From a candidate division Hyd24-12 bacterium UBA6080 (GTDB lineage Bacteria; Fermentibacterota; Fermentibacteria; Fermentibacterales; JCC-6): a DNA stretch of 64,000 nt. Of this stretch, positions 43,652 to 53,072 are shown one piece after another. A model generated the notes under the pieces. That model worked only from the letters and a program-made list of their open reading frames with translations. It did no database searches and was not told where the DNA came from. A program made the translations under genes and the position numbers. Where the stretch lies: positions 51,735-115,734 of the forward strand of contig DIXM01000009.1 of NCBI GenBank assembly GCA_002436025.1, read 5' to 3'. The first letter of the stretch is position 1, and the number at the start of each line of letters is the position of its first letter.

Positions 43652-44671
43652 TCAGCAGATCCTGGGCAGAAGCATGCCCGAGGGCATCTCGAGGACCCTT
43701 TTGGTGCCAAGTGTAGTTCTCAGGAAAACCCCGGTCTCCGGTGAATCGTCGACCACGCCGATGAGGGCAGCGCCGGTTCCCATGGCCTTCAGGGCTTTTT
43801 GGGCATGGCCTTCAGGGGTGAACAGCACGAACCTTCCCTCGCATGCCGACTGGAGGGGGTCGAGCCCGAGTATCTCGCAGGCGCCGGCCACCTCGCCGGC
43901 CACGGGGATGGCTGCCTCATCAATCGTCATGCCTTTGGAAGATGCTGTGGCGATCTCGTTCAGTGCCGCTGCCAGCCCGCCTCGGGTGAGGTCCCTCATG
44001 CAGTGGACATCGACGCCCGCATTCGCGAGGGCCAGCATCTTGCCTGTTAGGGGCGCAAGATCGCTTTCAATGGTCAGCTCGAGGGAGATTCCCTCCCTGC
44101 ATGCAAGAACGGAGATGCCATGCCTGCCAATGTCTCCGCTAACAAGCACCGCGTCGCCCGCTGTTACCCTTCCGGGTCTGAAGTCCATTCCGGGTATCAC
44201 CTGGCCCACGCCCGAGGTGCAGATGTAGATGCCGTCACCCTTGCCCCTGTTCACAACCTTCGTGTCACCGGTGACTATCCTCACGTCCGAGTTTGCGGCA
44301 GCGTTCGCCATCGAGGCCACGACCCTTCGAAGGATGCTCATCGAAAGTCCTTCCTCGAGTATGAACCCCGCGCTTATCCACTTCGGCAGGGCGCCGCACA
44401 TGGCCAGATCGTTCACTGTGCCGATGATGGACAGGGAACCAATGTCGCCTCCCGGGAAGAACAGCGGATCGACGACATGGCAGTCCGTCGTGAAGGCGAT
44501 CCCGGAGTTTCCCTGAATGGGAAGGAGAGCCCCGTCGTGCTGTTCGCCGCCCGGAGGTCTTCCGAAGGCCGGTATCATCACGTCCTCGATAAGACGGTTA
44601 GTCAGCCGTCCCCCTCCACCGTGGGCAAGGGTGACGGTGTCGCCGGGAGGCGTTGGAAGCGGGCAGTTCAT
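43652..44671 (-). CDS. hypE: [NiFe]-hydrogenase maturation protein HypE
   Basis: TLAHGGGG, AIR-synthase-like fold motifs and the C-terminal PRIC. ATG 44671 shares one base with the hypD stop (TGATG). The 180-codon upstream extension in the track lies inside hypD. Confidence 0.93.
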   Translation of the reverse strand: MNCPLPTPPGDTVTLAHGGGGRLTNRLIEDVMIPAFGRPPGGEQHDGALLPIQGNSGIAFTTDCHVVDPLFFPGGDIGSLSIIGTVNDLAMCGALPKWISAGFILEEGLSMSILRRVVASMANAAANSDVRIVTGDTKVVNRGKGDGIYICTSGVGQVIPGMDFRPGRVTAGDAVLVSGDIGRHGISVLACREGISLELTIESDLAPLTGKMLALANAGVDVHCMRDLTRGGLAAALNEIATASSKGMTIDEAAIPVAGEVAGACEILGLDPLQSACEGRFVLFTPEGHAQKALKAMGTGAALIGVVDDSPETGVFLRTTLGTKRVLEMPSGMLLPRIC

Positions 44672-45756
44672 CACGTTCTTCTCCCGTACCGGTAGTGGGC
44701 CGCGCACGCGCCCTCGGAGGACACCATCGGGGCGCCCATGGGAGACTCCGGCGTGCAACCCCTTCCGAAGTGCGGGCAGCCCGTTGGGGGGATCTCCCCG
44801 ATGAGGACCCTTCCTGCCATGCATTCGGTGGCTGCGGCCGGCTCGCCCAGCGTTACCCCGAACCTGCGCATCGCATCGTATTCCCGCCAGTCGTCGGAGA
44901 GACGGAGACCGCTTCTCGGGATCATGCCGAGGCCCCGCCACTCCCTGTCCGTCACACTGAAGACGCGGTCCATCAGTTCCCTCGCGGCGGGATTCCCGTC
45001 GGGGGAGACCGAGCGTGTGTACTGGTTTTCGACCCGGTGCGATCCGCTCTCCAGCTGGCTGACACACATGTGGATGGCCTGAAGGATGTCCGCCGGCTCG
45101 AAGCCGGCAACTATCACCGGCACCCTGTAGTCCCGGGCCAGTGCCGAGTACTGGTTCCACCCCATGACGGTGCATACGTGGCCTGCGGCAAGGAATCCTT
45201 TGACCCTGCACCCCTTCATGGACATTACGGCCTCCATGGCAGGCAGCACCAGCACGTGACAGCAGATGACCGAGAAGTTGTCCAGTTCCCTGGCGGAAAG
45301 AAGCGCGGCCGCAGTGGCCGGGGCGGTGGTCTCGAACCCCACGGCGAACATGACGACCTGGCTTTCAGGGTTGTTGCGGGCCAGTTCCACTGCGTCGAAG
45401 GGGGAGTAGACCATTCTCACGTTCCCTCCCCGGGCCCTTGCCGAGTTAAGGTCTCCCCCGCTGCCGGGGACGCGGAGCATGTCGCCGAAGGAGCAGAGGA
45501 TCACTCCCGGCAGTGAAGCGACATGAAGTGCGGCATCGATGAAGGAGGGCGGTGTGACGCACACCGGGCAGCCCGGGCCGTGGATGAGCTCCACGGCGCC
45601 GTTCAGCATTCCTGGAAGGCCGTAACGGAGGATCGTGTGGGTCTGCCCTCCGCAGACCTCCATTATGGTCCAGGGTCGGGTCGCCGTTCGCCTGATCTCT
45701 TCCGCGTAGCCTTTGCAGAGGGAAGCTTCACGGTACTCGTCTACGAACTTCATCAC
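44671..45756 (-). CDS. hypD: [NiFe]-hydrogenase maturation protein HypD
   Basis: KFVDEYR, IMEVCGGQTH, GPGCPVCVTP, SFGDMLRVPG motifs. Confidence 0.95.
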   Translation of the reverse strand: MMKFVDEYREASLCKGYAEEIRRTATRPWTIMEVCGGQTHTILRYGLPGMLNGAVELIHGPGCPVCVTPPSFIDAALHVASLPGVILCSFGDMLRVPGSGGDLNSARARGGNVRMVYSPFDAVELARNNPESQVVMFAVGFETTAPATAAALLSARELDNFSVICCHVLVLPAMEAVMSMKGCRVKGFLAAGHVCTVMGWNQYSALARDYRVPVIVAGFEPADILQAIHMCVSQLESGSHRVENQYTRSVSPDGNPAARELMDRVFSVTDREWRGLGMIPRSGLRLSDDWREYDAMRRFGVTLGEPAAATECMAGRVLIGEIPPTGCPHFGRGCTPESPMGAPMVSSEGACAAHYRYGRRT

Positions 45757-45877
45757 GCCTCCCCTGATGCGGGGTGAAAGGGATCAAAGCGGCCGTACCC
45801 GTTCCTGAACGGATTATACGTGCTGGCGGTACCTGCGGGAACATTGGGGAAACGGTCGGGCCTCGAGAGGTCTTTCC

Positions 45878-48151
45878 TCATAACGCCGGTGGTTCCACCA
45901 CGGCCTGGCCCAAGGCGATGCCGCCGTCACCGGGCGGCACAAGGTGGTGCCTTAGCGGGGTGAAACCATCAGCCCTCAGTTTTGCGATCGTCAGCTCGGT
46001 GAGAAGCCTGTTCGTAAAGCATCCCCCGGTAATGGCGACCTGCTTTGCCCCGACCTCCCGGGCCACCATCAGGATGCCGTCCGACAACCCCTCGTGAAAC
46101 CTTCGGGAGATGACGGCGATGGGCACCGCATTCTGTGCGTCCGCTGAAATGGCATTCAGCATTGGTTCCCAGTCGAGTATCATGGGCGGTCCCTGCTTTC
46201 GAAGGGACATCGGGTAACCCTTTTCCTCCCCTGTGCCGTGGGCAAGGTTTTCAAGCAGGACCGGCGCCTCGCCCTTGAAAGAGCAGACACCCCTCAGGCC
46301 CAGAAGCGCGGTAACACCGTCGAAAAGCCTTCCGGCACTGGTGGTTGGGGGCGTGTTCACCCCCCTTTCCATCATCCGCCCGATAACCTTGAGCTCGGGA
46401 TCACTGAAGGAACTGAAGGAAGGGGGGAGGTAGCCGTTCATTGCCCAGAGGAGCCCGAGGGCCGATCTCCGGGGTTCCAGCGCTGCAGCGTCCCCGCCCG
46501 GGACCGGAAAGGGGCGCAGGCATGCCACCCTTTCAAAGCCGGTGCTGTCACCGACCAGGAGAAACTCGCCCCCCCACGCGGAATTGTCGGTTCCCAGCCC
46601 GACGCCGTCCCAGGCCACACCCAGGACAGGCGCGGCCGTCCCGTTCTCGGCCATGCACCCCAGGATGTGGGCGTGGTGATGCTGGATCGTCGTCTCAGGA
46701 AGCCCGGTCTTCTCCGCCGATTCTGTGGAAGCGTAGTCGGGGTGCATGTCCCGGACCACGCGTGATGCCCTGCCAAAGAGGGTCTGCAGGTCAGTCAGCG
46801 CCCTGCGGTGGGTCTGGACAGAGGCAAGGGTTTCAAGGTCGCCTATGTGCTGGCTGAGGATCACCCCATCCCTTATCGAGATAGCTCCCGTGTTCGCCAG
46901 GTGCCCACCCACAGCAAGAGTGCCTGCAGTAACGCCTTTTACGGTGATAGGAAGGGGGGCATAACCCCTGGCCCTGCGGATCATGAGCGGGCCGTCGGGA
47001 AGCCAGGCGACGACCGAGTCGTCGACCTGCCTGGCAATGGGCCTGTCGTGCACCAGGAAGAGGTCGGCGACGCCCCCAAGCTTTGTCAGGGCCTCGTGGT
47101 TATCGGTGCATATCGGTTCCCCCGAGGCGTTACCGCTGGTGGCCACGAGCGGAAAGCCGGCGTCTGAGGCCAGAAGGTAGTGCAGGGGAGTTGCCGGAAG
47201 CATCACGCCCAGCCATGGGCTGTCCGGGGCCACACCGGCGGAGACCCCGCTGCCCCTGCGTGTAAGCAGTGTTATCGGGGCCGCGGACGAAAGAAGGAGT
47301 TCCCTCTCCCCTGTGTTGATGGAGCAGAGCGCTTCGGCCTCCCCTATGCCCTTCACCAGAAGGGCCAGGGGCTTTGCGGGCCTGCGCTTCCTTTGCCTGA
47401 GGAGATTTACTGCGGCGTCGGAATCGGCCCGGACAAGGAGCTGAAACCCTCCCAGCCCCTTCAGGGCAACCACACCTCCCCGGCGGAGCTCTGTCACCGC
47501 GTCTTCCAGGGCATTGTCATCGCGGGACAGCTCACCGCCTTCCGGGTCCAGAAGCCGAAGCCTCGGGCCGCAGACCGGGCACGCCACGGGTTGTGCGTGG
47601 AAGCGGCGGTCCATCGGGTCCTGATACTCCGAGGCGCAGTCGGAACACATCGTGAAGCCGCGCATGGTCGTGTTGGGACGGTCGTATGGCAGCGCCAGAA
47701 GGATCGAGAAACGCGGTCCGCAGTTCGTGCAGTTGATGAAGGGGTACCTGTGCCTGCGGTCCGAAGGGTCCATCAGTTCCCTGATGCACTCGGGGCAGAC
47801 CGCAATGTCAGGGGTTACAAGGGTTGCCGGGGCACCATCACTGCTGGGGGCAATGTGGAATCCGGTCTCGGACAGGGGAGGGACAGCAACGGTGCTGACG
47901 CCGCTTATCACCGCTGGTCCGGGTTTTTCTTCCCGAAGACATCGAACGAATGCCGCCAGGTCTTCTTCCGTGCCCTGGGCCTCGATGACGACCCCCCCGG
48001 AGGTGTTCCAGACAAGCCCGGTGATGCCCAGTCGACGGGCAAGCCTGTAAACGAAGGGGCGGAACCCGACACCCTGGACCGCCCCCTCAACCGAGACCCG
48101 CAAGCGTTGCACATCCATTCGGTGATTATAAGCAACGGGATGGTCCCGCAA
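45878..48151 (-). CDS. hypF: Carbamoyltransferase HypF
   Basis: Acylphosphatase domain (VQGVGFRPFVYRLA), two zinc-finger pairs (CPECIREL...CTNCGPRFSI; CSDCASEY...CPVCGPRL), and YrdC-like and Kae1-like domains. Alternative start ATG 48118. Confidence 0.95.
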   Translation of the reverse strand: MRDHPVAYNHRMDVQRLRVSVEGAVQGVGFRPFVYRLARRLGITGLVWNTSGGVVIEAQGTEEDLAAFVRCLREEKPGPAVISGVSTVAVPPLSETGFHIAPSSDGAPATLVTPDIAVCPECIRELMDPSDRRHRYPFINCTNCGPRFSILLALPYDRPNTTMRGFTMCSDCASEYQDPMDRRFHAQPVACPVCGPRLRLLDPEGGELSRDDNALEDAVTELRRGGVVALKGLGGFQLLVRADSDAAVNLLRQRKRRPAKPLALLVKGIGEAEALCSINTGERELLLSSAAPITLLTRRGSGVSAGVAPDSPWLGVMLPATPLHYLLASDAGFPLVATSGNASGEPICTDNHEALTKLGGVADLFLVHDRPIARQVDDSVVAWLPDGPLMIRRARGYAPLPITVKGVTAGTLAVGGHLANTGAISIRDGVILSQHIGDLETLASVQTHRRALTDLQTLFGRASRVVRDMHPDYASTESAEKTGLPETTIQHHHAHILGCMAENGTAAPVLGVAWDGVGLGTDNSAWGGEFLLVGDSTGFERVACLRPFPVPGGDAAALEPRRSALGLLWAMNGYLPPSFSSFSDPELKVIGRMMERGVNTPPTTSAGRLFDGVTALLGLRGVCSFKGEAPVLLENLAHGTGEEKGYPMSLRKQGPPMILDWEPMLNAISADAQNAVPIAVISRRFHEGLSDGILMVAREVGAKQVAITGGCFTNRLLTELTIAKLRADGFTPLRHHLVPPGDGGIALGQAVVEPPAL

Positions 48152-48227
48152 CTTTTTTCAGGATTGGGTCAGGCGGTTTGATGGGTCGAAACCGCACCTT
48201 ATACTTGGCCTGAGGTGATGGAAGGAA

Positions 48228-48611
48228 ATGCACGAGTACTCCCTTGCGCAGGACATGGCTGAGGTCATAATCTCCGTTCTCGGCAAACCCAGGAGGCTCT
48301 CCACGGTCACCGTGGTGATTGGTCCCCTTTCCGGGGTATCATGGGAGTCCCTTTCCTTCTGTTTCACCGAGATTGCCTCAGTGAGGGGCCTGGGGAACCC
48401 TGAGCTGGTTGTACGGAAGACCCCGGCGGAAATGCGCTGCCTGCAATGCGGCCACGCATGGCATAGCGACGACTTCGAGCCGGGTTGCCCGGAGTGCGGT
48501 TCGTGGGACAGAAGGATAGTCTCAGGCAGGGAGTTCTTTGTGGAAAGCGTAGAGTTTGACGGGGAGGATGCCGATGAGGATAACATCACCAGTGATGGCC
48601 CGAAACGATGA
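48228..48611 (+). CDS. hypA: Hydrogenase nickel-insertion protein HypA
   Basis: MHEYSLAQ N-terminus and CLQCG...CPECGS zinc site. Confidence 0.92.
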   Translation: MHEYSLAQDMAEVIISVLGKPRRLSTVTVVIGPLSGVSWESLSFCFTEIASVRGLGNPELVVRKTPAEMRCLQCGHAWHSDDFEPGCPECGSWDRRIVSGREFFVESVEFDGEDADEDNITSDGPKR

Positions 48612-49215
48612 CATCGCCGCGGAGAACCGGCGGGCATTCCGCCTGAACGGCCTTCTCGCGTTCAACATCATCAGTTCTCCGGGGGCAGGCAAGACCACCC
48701 TGCTCGAGGCCCTTGCCGGTGAGTTAGGGCCGGAGATGGCAGTGATCGAGGGGGATGTGAAGACCCGCAGGGATGCCGACAGGATCGTCCGGGCCGGGTG
48801 CCGGGCCGTTCAGATCGAGACCGGGGGCTCATGCCACCTTGACGCGGCGGCCGTGAAGGAAGCGTTCTCGGCGCTCGACAAGAGAAAGCCCTTCAAGTAC
48901 CTGGCCATAGAGAACGTTGGCAATCTCATCTGTCCCAGCGCATACGACCTCGGAGAGCACATCAAGGTCGGGATGCTGTCCCTTCCCGAGGGGGACGACA
49001 AGGTGCTGAAGTATCCCTCGCTGTTCAGCCGCATCGACGTGCTCCTTCTGACAAAAACGGATCTCCTGCCCCACATGGAGTTCGACATGGACCGCGTTGA
49101 AAGGGAGTGCAGAAGCCTGAATCCCGGTGTGAAGACCTTCCGTATCTCAGCCAGGACCGGACAGGGTATGGCTGATCTGTGCAGCTTCATGAGGAGCAGG
49201 TGGGAGTCTTTGTAA
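48574..49215 (+). CDS. hypB: Hydrogenase nickel-incorporation GTPase HypB
   Basis: P-loop SSPGAGKTTLLEAL, ENVGNLICP, LTKTDL. ATG 48574 lies 6 nt after GGGGAGG; the track start is TTG 48556. Confidence 0.92.
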   Translation: MRITSPVMARNDDIAAENRRAFRLNGLLAFNIISSPGAGKTTLLEALAGELGPEMAVIEGDVKTRRDADRIVRAGCRAVQIETGGSCHLDAAAVKEAFSALDKRKPFKYLAIENVGNLICPSAYDLGEHIKVGMLSLPEGDDKVLKYPSLFSRIDVLLLTKTDLLPHMEFDMDRVERECRSLNPGVKTFRISARTGQGMADLCSFMRSRWESL

Positions 49216-49277
49216 AGGCACGCCACGGGCGCTGCGGGCAAGTATGGGATAGTTCCGGAAGCCATTCGCCAAGGGTC

Positions 49278-49306
49278 TTGACACAGTTATCAACCAGAAT
49301 TATTAA
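49278..49306 (+). promoter_or_regulatory. Candidate sigma70 promoter of the hydrogenase operon
   Basis: TTGACA (49278-49283), 17-nt spacer, TATTAA (49301-49306). Only 6 nt (GCGCCC, no SD) separate the -10 element from the ATG at 49313. Confidence 0.45.
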
Positions 49307-49312
49307 GCGCCC

Positions 49313-50341
49313 ATGACATTTTTGAGCAGGGTTCACTTCGAGTCACTACTGAAGGCTCTCGGTGGGACCCACAAACTCCTCTTCCCAGTCGGGAGCGGGA
49401 GCAAGTCACATTTCACATCCATTGACAGATCAGACCCGGGCAGCGCTTTCATCGGCGGTGTCAGGTCGGTAGAGCCCCTCAAGGCCTTCTTCTTCTCAGG
49501 CCGCGAGAGGGTTGCCTCGGGTTTCGAACCCGGCCTTCCCGGCCGGGAGCTCCAACCGCTCTGCGTGGTTGGCGCCAAGGCATGCGATCTGAAAGGGTTC
49601 CGCATTCTCGACCATGTCTTTCTCGACCACGAGTTCGGCGATCCCACCTACAAACGCCTGAGGAGGGAAAGCCTCGTGATCTCCTCTGACTGCACCGACG
49701 CCCTGGAAACATGCTTCTGCACGTCACTCGACGGGCTGCCCTACCCGGAAGACGGGTTCGACATCAACCTCTCACCGGTCAGTGGAGGTTTTCTTGCCGA
49801 GGCTGGCTCGGAAAAAGGCCGGGCGCTAATGGCTGCCCATTCATCTCTCTTCACCGATCCTTCGCCAAAGCAGCAGCAGGAACGGAGAGAAAACAGGGAG
49901 GCCGTGCTTGAGAAACTGCGGACAATTGCGGAAGCAGGCGGAACACCCGGCGCTGAAAGCCTGAAGGGCGCTGTGGCAAGAAGATACGATGCTCCACTGT
50001 GGGCGGAAGAGGCCGCGACCTGTGTCGAGTGCGGGGCATGCAACACGATCTGTCCCACCTGCCACTGCTTCTATCTTTACGACCAGATGGCTCAGGGAAC
50101 CACAGGCAGGTTCAGGATGTGGGATTCCTGCCTCATCAACGACTTCGCCCGCGTCGCCGGCGGAGAGAACCCCAGGTCCCGGCTGTGGATGAGGTTGCGG
50201 AACCGCTTCGAGAAGAAGTTCGATTTCTTCCCAAAGGTTGCCGGAGAGTTCGCCTGTACCGGTTGCGGCAGGTGTTCAGCGGCCTGCCCCGGCAGGATCG
50301 ACATAAGGCGCGTATTGAGAAGACTGGTGGAGAATGGATAA
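49313..50341 (+). CDS. 4Fe-4S dicluster protein, sulfhydrogenase-beta/AsrA-like (HydB-like)
   Basis: CVECGACNTICPTCHCFYLYD and CTGCGRCSAACP. Same architecture as 31458-32516. Confidence 0.82.
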   Translation: MTFLSRVHFESLLKALGGTHKLLFPVGSGSKSHFTSIDRSDPGSAFIGGVRSVEPLKAFFFSGRERVASGFEPGLPGRELQPLCVVGAKACDLKGFRILDHVFLDHEFGDPTYKRLRRESLVISSDCTDALETCFCTSLDGLPYPEDGFDINLSPVSGGFLAEAGSEKGRALMAAHSSLFTDPSPKQQQERRENREAVLEKLRTIAEAGGTPGAESLKGAVARRYDAPLWAEEAATCVECGACNTICPTCHCFYLYDQMAQGTTGRFRMWDSCLINDFARVAGGENPRSRLWMRLRNRFEKKFDFFPKVAGEFACTGCGRCSAACPGRIDIRRVLRRLVENG

Positions 50342-51152
50342 AAACCCGTACAGGTCAGTGAAAACGGAAGTACTGGAAGTGATCACTGAAACCCCCTCCA
50401 TAACTACGATCAGGCTCCGGCCCTCGGAGCCTCTTTCTTTCTCCCCCGGGCAGTTCATGGAAGTCTCCGTTCCGGGCGTCGGTGAAGCGCCGTTCACGCC
50501 TTCATCTTTCTGCGGCGACCATGAGAAGATGGACATAACCATTGTAAAGGTCGGCAAGGTCACCGAAGCCATCCACGAGCTGAAAGCCGGTGATATTGTC
50601 GGGCTCAGGGGACCCTACGGCCACGGCTACCCGCTCGACGAATTCAGGGGGAAGGAAGTTCTGGTCGTGGGTGGCGGTGTGGGGCTCGCCCCCCTTAGAA
50701 CCCTCATGTATTCTTTGTTCGACATGAGGGGCGACCTCGGGAAGCTGGCGTATCGTGCCGGCTGCAGGCAGCCCTGCGAGTTCCTGTACCGCGAAGAGAT
50801 AATGGGCTGGCTGGACCGGCCCGACCTCGACATCCGGCTCACCACCGACCAGTGCGACGAAACATGGAGCTGCGCTACCGGGCTTGTGACATCGATCATG
50901 GACAGCTCGTGCGTCAACCCGGCAAACGCCGTGGGAATTTCCTGCGGCCCCCCGGTCATGATGAAATTCGTCACGTTCAGAATGCTGGAGATGGGCATTC
51001 CACCGGAGAGGATCTACCTCTCCATGGAGAAGAACATGTCGTGCGGCTTCGGGAAGTGCGGCCACTGCAGGCTTGGAACGTTCTACTGCTGCAAGGACGG
51101 GCCGGTGTTCACCTACGCGCAGATAAAAGACATTCCCGGGATATGGGACTGA
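50334..51152 (+). CDS. FAD/NAD(P)-binding [2Fe-2S] oxidoreductase, sulfhydrogenase-gamma/AsrB-like (HydG-like)
   Basis: FSPGQFMEVSVPGVGEAPFTPSS, VLVVGGGVGLAPL, C-terminal CGFGKCGHCRLG. Paralogue of 30617-31456. Confidence 0.85.
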   Translation: MDKNPYRSVKTEVLEVITETPSITTIRLRPSEPLSFSPGQFMEVSVPGVGEAPFTPSSFCGDHEKMDITIVKVGKVTEAIHELKAGDIVGLRGPYGHGYPLDEFRGKEVLVVGGGVGLAPLRTLMYSLFDMRGDLGKLAYRAGCRQPCEFLYREEIMGWLDRPDLDIRLTTDQCDETWSCATGLVTSIMDSSCVNPANAVGISCGPPVMMKFVTFRMLEMGIPPERIYLSMEKNMSCGFGKCGHCRLGTFYCCKDGPVFTYAQIKDIPGIWD

Positions 51153-51154
51153 CC

Positions 51155-51721
51155 ATGGAAGGAAAAAACCTCTTGAACACTGTTGAGCAGCTTCAGGGGC
51201 GGGAGGCGGTCGAATCCGGGTCGACCGGTAACACCAGGCTGTTCATCGACCTCGACATCTGTTCCTCGACGGTGTGTCCCGAATGTGTGATACGCTGCAG
51301 CTACCCATGGCACAGCAAGGCCAACCAGGGCATTCTGTCGGTGATCGAACTGGCCACTTACGCCATGGTATGCCGAAGGTGCGAAGAGCCCCACTGCGTG
51401 AAGGCCTGTCCCAAGGAAGCCCTGGAAAAGCTTGCAGACCCGGGCGGAATGCTGGTCCGCCACACCTTCAGGTGCGTCAGCTGCCGTTCATGTTCCCATG
51501 CCTGTCCCTACGGGACCATCTACCCCGAGATCGTGCCCCGTTTCGCATCGAACTGCGATTACTGCCTCTCCCGGAGGGGAGGCGAACCTGTTTGCATTTC
51601 CACCTGCCCCTACGGGGCTTTGCGGCTCATCGAAGGCGAACCGGAGGATATGCAGGACTGCTTCGCCGCAGGAGAGCACCTGATGGTGCACTCGAGGCAC
51701 TGGAAGAAGGAGGAGGCATGA
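51155..51721 (+). CDS. HycB/DmsB-like poly-ferredoxin (four cysteine clusters)
   Basis: CPECVIRC, CRRCEEPHCVKACP, CVSCRSCSHACP, CDYC...CISTCP. ATG 51155; the upstream track extension overlaps the previous gene. Confidence 0.85.
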   Translation: MEGKNLLNTVEQLQGREAVESGSTGNTRLFIDLDICSSTVCPECVIRCSYPWHSKANQGILSVIELATYAMVCRRCEEPHCVKACPKEALEKLADPGGMLVRHTFRCVSCRSCSHACPYGTIYPEIVPRFASNCDYCLSRRGGEPVCISTCPYGALRLIEGEPEDMQDCFAAGEHLMVHSRHWKKEEA

Positions 51722-52638
51722 TCCTGCTCAACCTTCTGGTCTTCGGCTTCCTTGTCACCTCGATACTGGGGTTGACCGCCAGCTGGGTTGACCGCAAGGT
51801 CACCGCCAGGGTGCAGTACCGGGTGGGTCCGCCCTTCTACCAGCCGTTGGTGGACATCATCAAGCTTCTGGGGAAGGAAACTCTGGTTCCGACAGGTTCA
51901 TACAGGTCGGTTTTCCTCGGTGCTCCCCTCCTGGGCCTTGCGGGAGCCGTCACTGCAGCCTCGGTGCTCTGGATGAACCAGATACACCCCCAGACGGGCT
52001 TCACCGGTGACTGGATCGTTGTCATCTACCTGCTCACGATTCCATCAATGAGCATCATCATCGGAGGTTTCGCCTCCCGGAACCCTCTGGCCAGCCTGGG
52101 AGCCAGCCGCGAGATGAAGCTGGTCCTCTCCTATGAACTGCCTTTCATATTGGCGATGCTGGTGCCGGTCGTTCACTCCGGTCTCTCCATACGCCTTGGA
52201 GACATCCTGCTGGCCCAGCGGGAGGCGGGGGCCTTCGCGGGCAACCTGTCCGGAATACTGGCCATGCTCGTGGGACTGCTCTGCATTCAGGCAAAACTGG
52301 CACTGGTTCCGTTCGACGCTCCCGAGGCTGAGACGGAGATAGTCCACGGCCCGCTGATAGAATACTCGGGCACCGGCCTTGCGATGTACAAGCTCACCAA
52401 GAACATGATGCTGTTCATACTGCCTTTCTTCCTGATCCAGATGTTCCTTGGGGGCTTTTCCCTGGCCGGCTGGGGAATTCTCTGGAGCGTTCTGAAGTTC
52501 GTCGGTGTGCTTGCCCTGATCACAGTAATCAGGAACACCAACCCCAGGGTGAGGATCGATCAGGCGATGAGGTTCTTCTGGGGACCCATGACCGTCATCG
52601 CTGCCGTGTCACTGATACTGGCCCTTCTGGGCCTTTGA
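51718..52638 (+). CDS. NuoH/HycD/MbhM-like membrane subunit of group 4 [NiFe]-hydrogenase
   Basis: WVDRKVTARVQYRVGPPFYQPLVDIIKLLGKE and ...FDAPEAETEIV... motifs of the NuoH family. ATGA overlap. Confidence 0.92.
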   Translation: MILLNLLVFGFLVTSILGLTASWVDRKVTARVQYRVGPPFYQPLVDIIKLLGKETLVPTGSYRSVFLGAPLLGLAGAVTAASVLWMNQIHPQTGFTGDWIVVIYLLTIPSMSIIIGGFASRNPLASLGASREMKLVLSYELPFILAMLVPVVHSGLSIRLGDILLAQREAGAFAGNLSGILAMLVGLLCIQAKLALVPFDAPEAETEIVHGPLIEYSGTGLAMYKLTKNMMLFILPFFLIQMFLGGFSLAGWGILWSVLKFVGVLALITVIRNTNPRVRIDQAMRFFWGPMTVIAAVSLILALLGL

Positions 52639-52649
52639 GAGGTGAGTTC

Positions 52650-53072
52650 ATGAGCCTGAAACTCAAAGCCCTTCTCAAGTCACCCTGGGTGTTCCACCTC
52701 TCCACGGGAAGCTGCAACAACTGCGACATCGAAACCCTGGACTGCCTCACGCCCAGGTTCGACGTTGAGCGGTTCGGGATTCTGCTCGCGGGAAGCATCA
52801 AGCACGCGGATGTCCTGCTCGTGAGCGGCTCCTGCAACCGGATGAGCGCGGAGAAGCTGAAAACCCTTTACGAACAGGTACCCAAGCCTTGCCTTGTGGT
52901 GGGCATCGGCACCTGCACCGGCTCCAGGGGGATTTTCATCGACAGCTACAACTGTCCGGTTCCCCTGGACAAGATCATTCCCGTTGACGCCTACATTCCG
53001 GGTTGCCCCCCGAAACCCGAGGCCATCATCGCCGGGGTCGTCAAACTGATAGAGAAGGTGGGCAAAGGCTGA
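52650..53072 (+). CDS. NuoB-like [NiFe]-hydrogenase small subunit (MbhJ/HycG/EchC type)
   Basis: Cluster ligands GSCNNCD, GTCTGS, IPGCPPKPEAI. ATG 52650 follows GAGGTGAG; the track start is TTG 52635. Confidence 0.92.
   Translation: MSLKLKALLKSPWVFHLSTGSCNNCDIETLDCLTPRFDVERFGILLAGSIKHADVLLVSGSCNRMSAEKLKTLYEQVPKPCLVVGIGTCTGSRGIFIDSYNCPVPLDKIIPVDAYIPGCPPKPEAIIAGVVKLIEKVGKG

Noticed and set aside
44672-45211. 180-codon upstream extension of the hypE ORF. Comparable extensions occur on ORFs 15954, 51274, 50852, 59191, 58952, 54600, 38054, 39154, 40461 and 61840-63189.
   Set aside because: The extensions lie inside neighbouring genes in another frame. In each case the conserved family N-terminus starts at an internal ATG or GTG that overlaps or abuts the previous stop codon.
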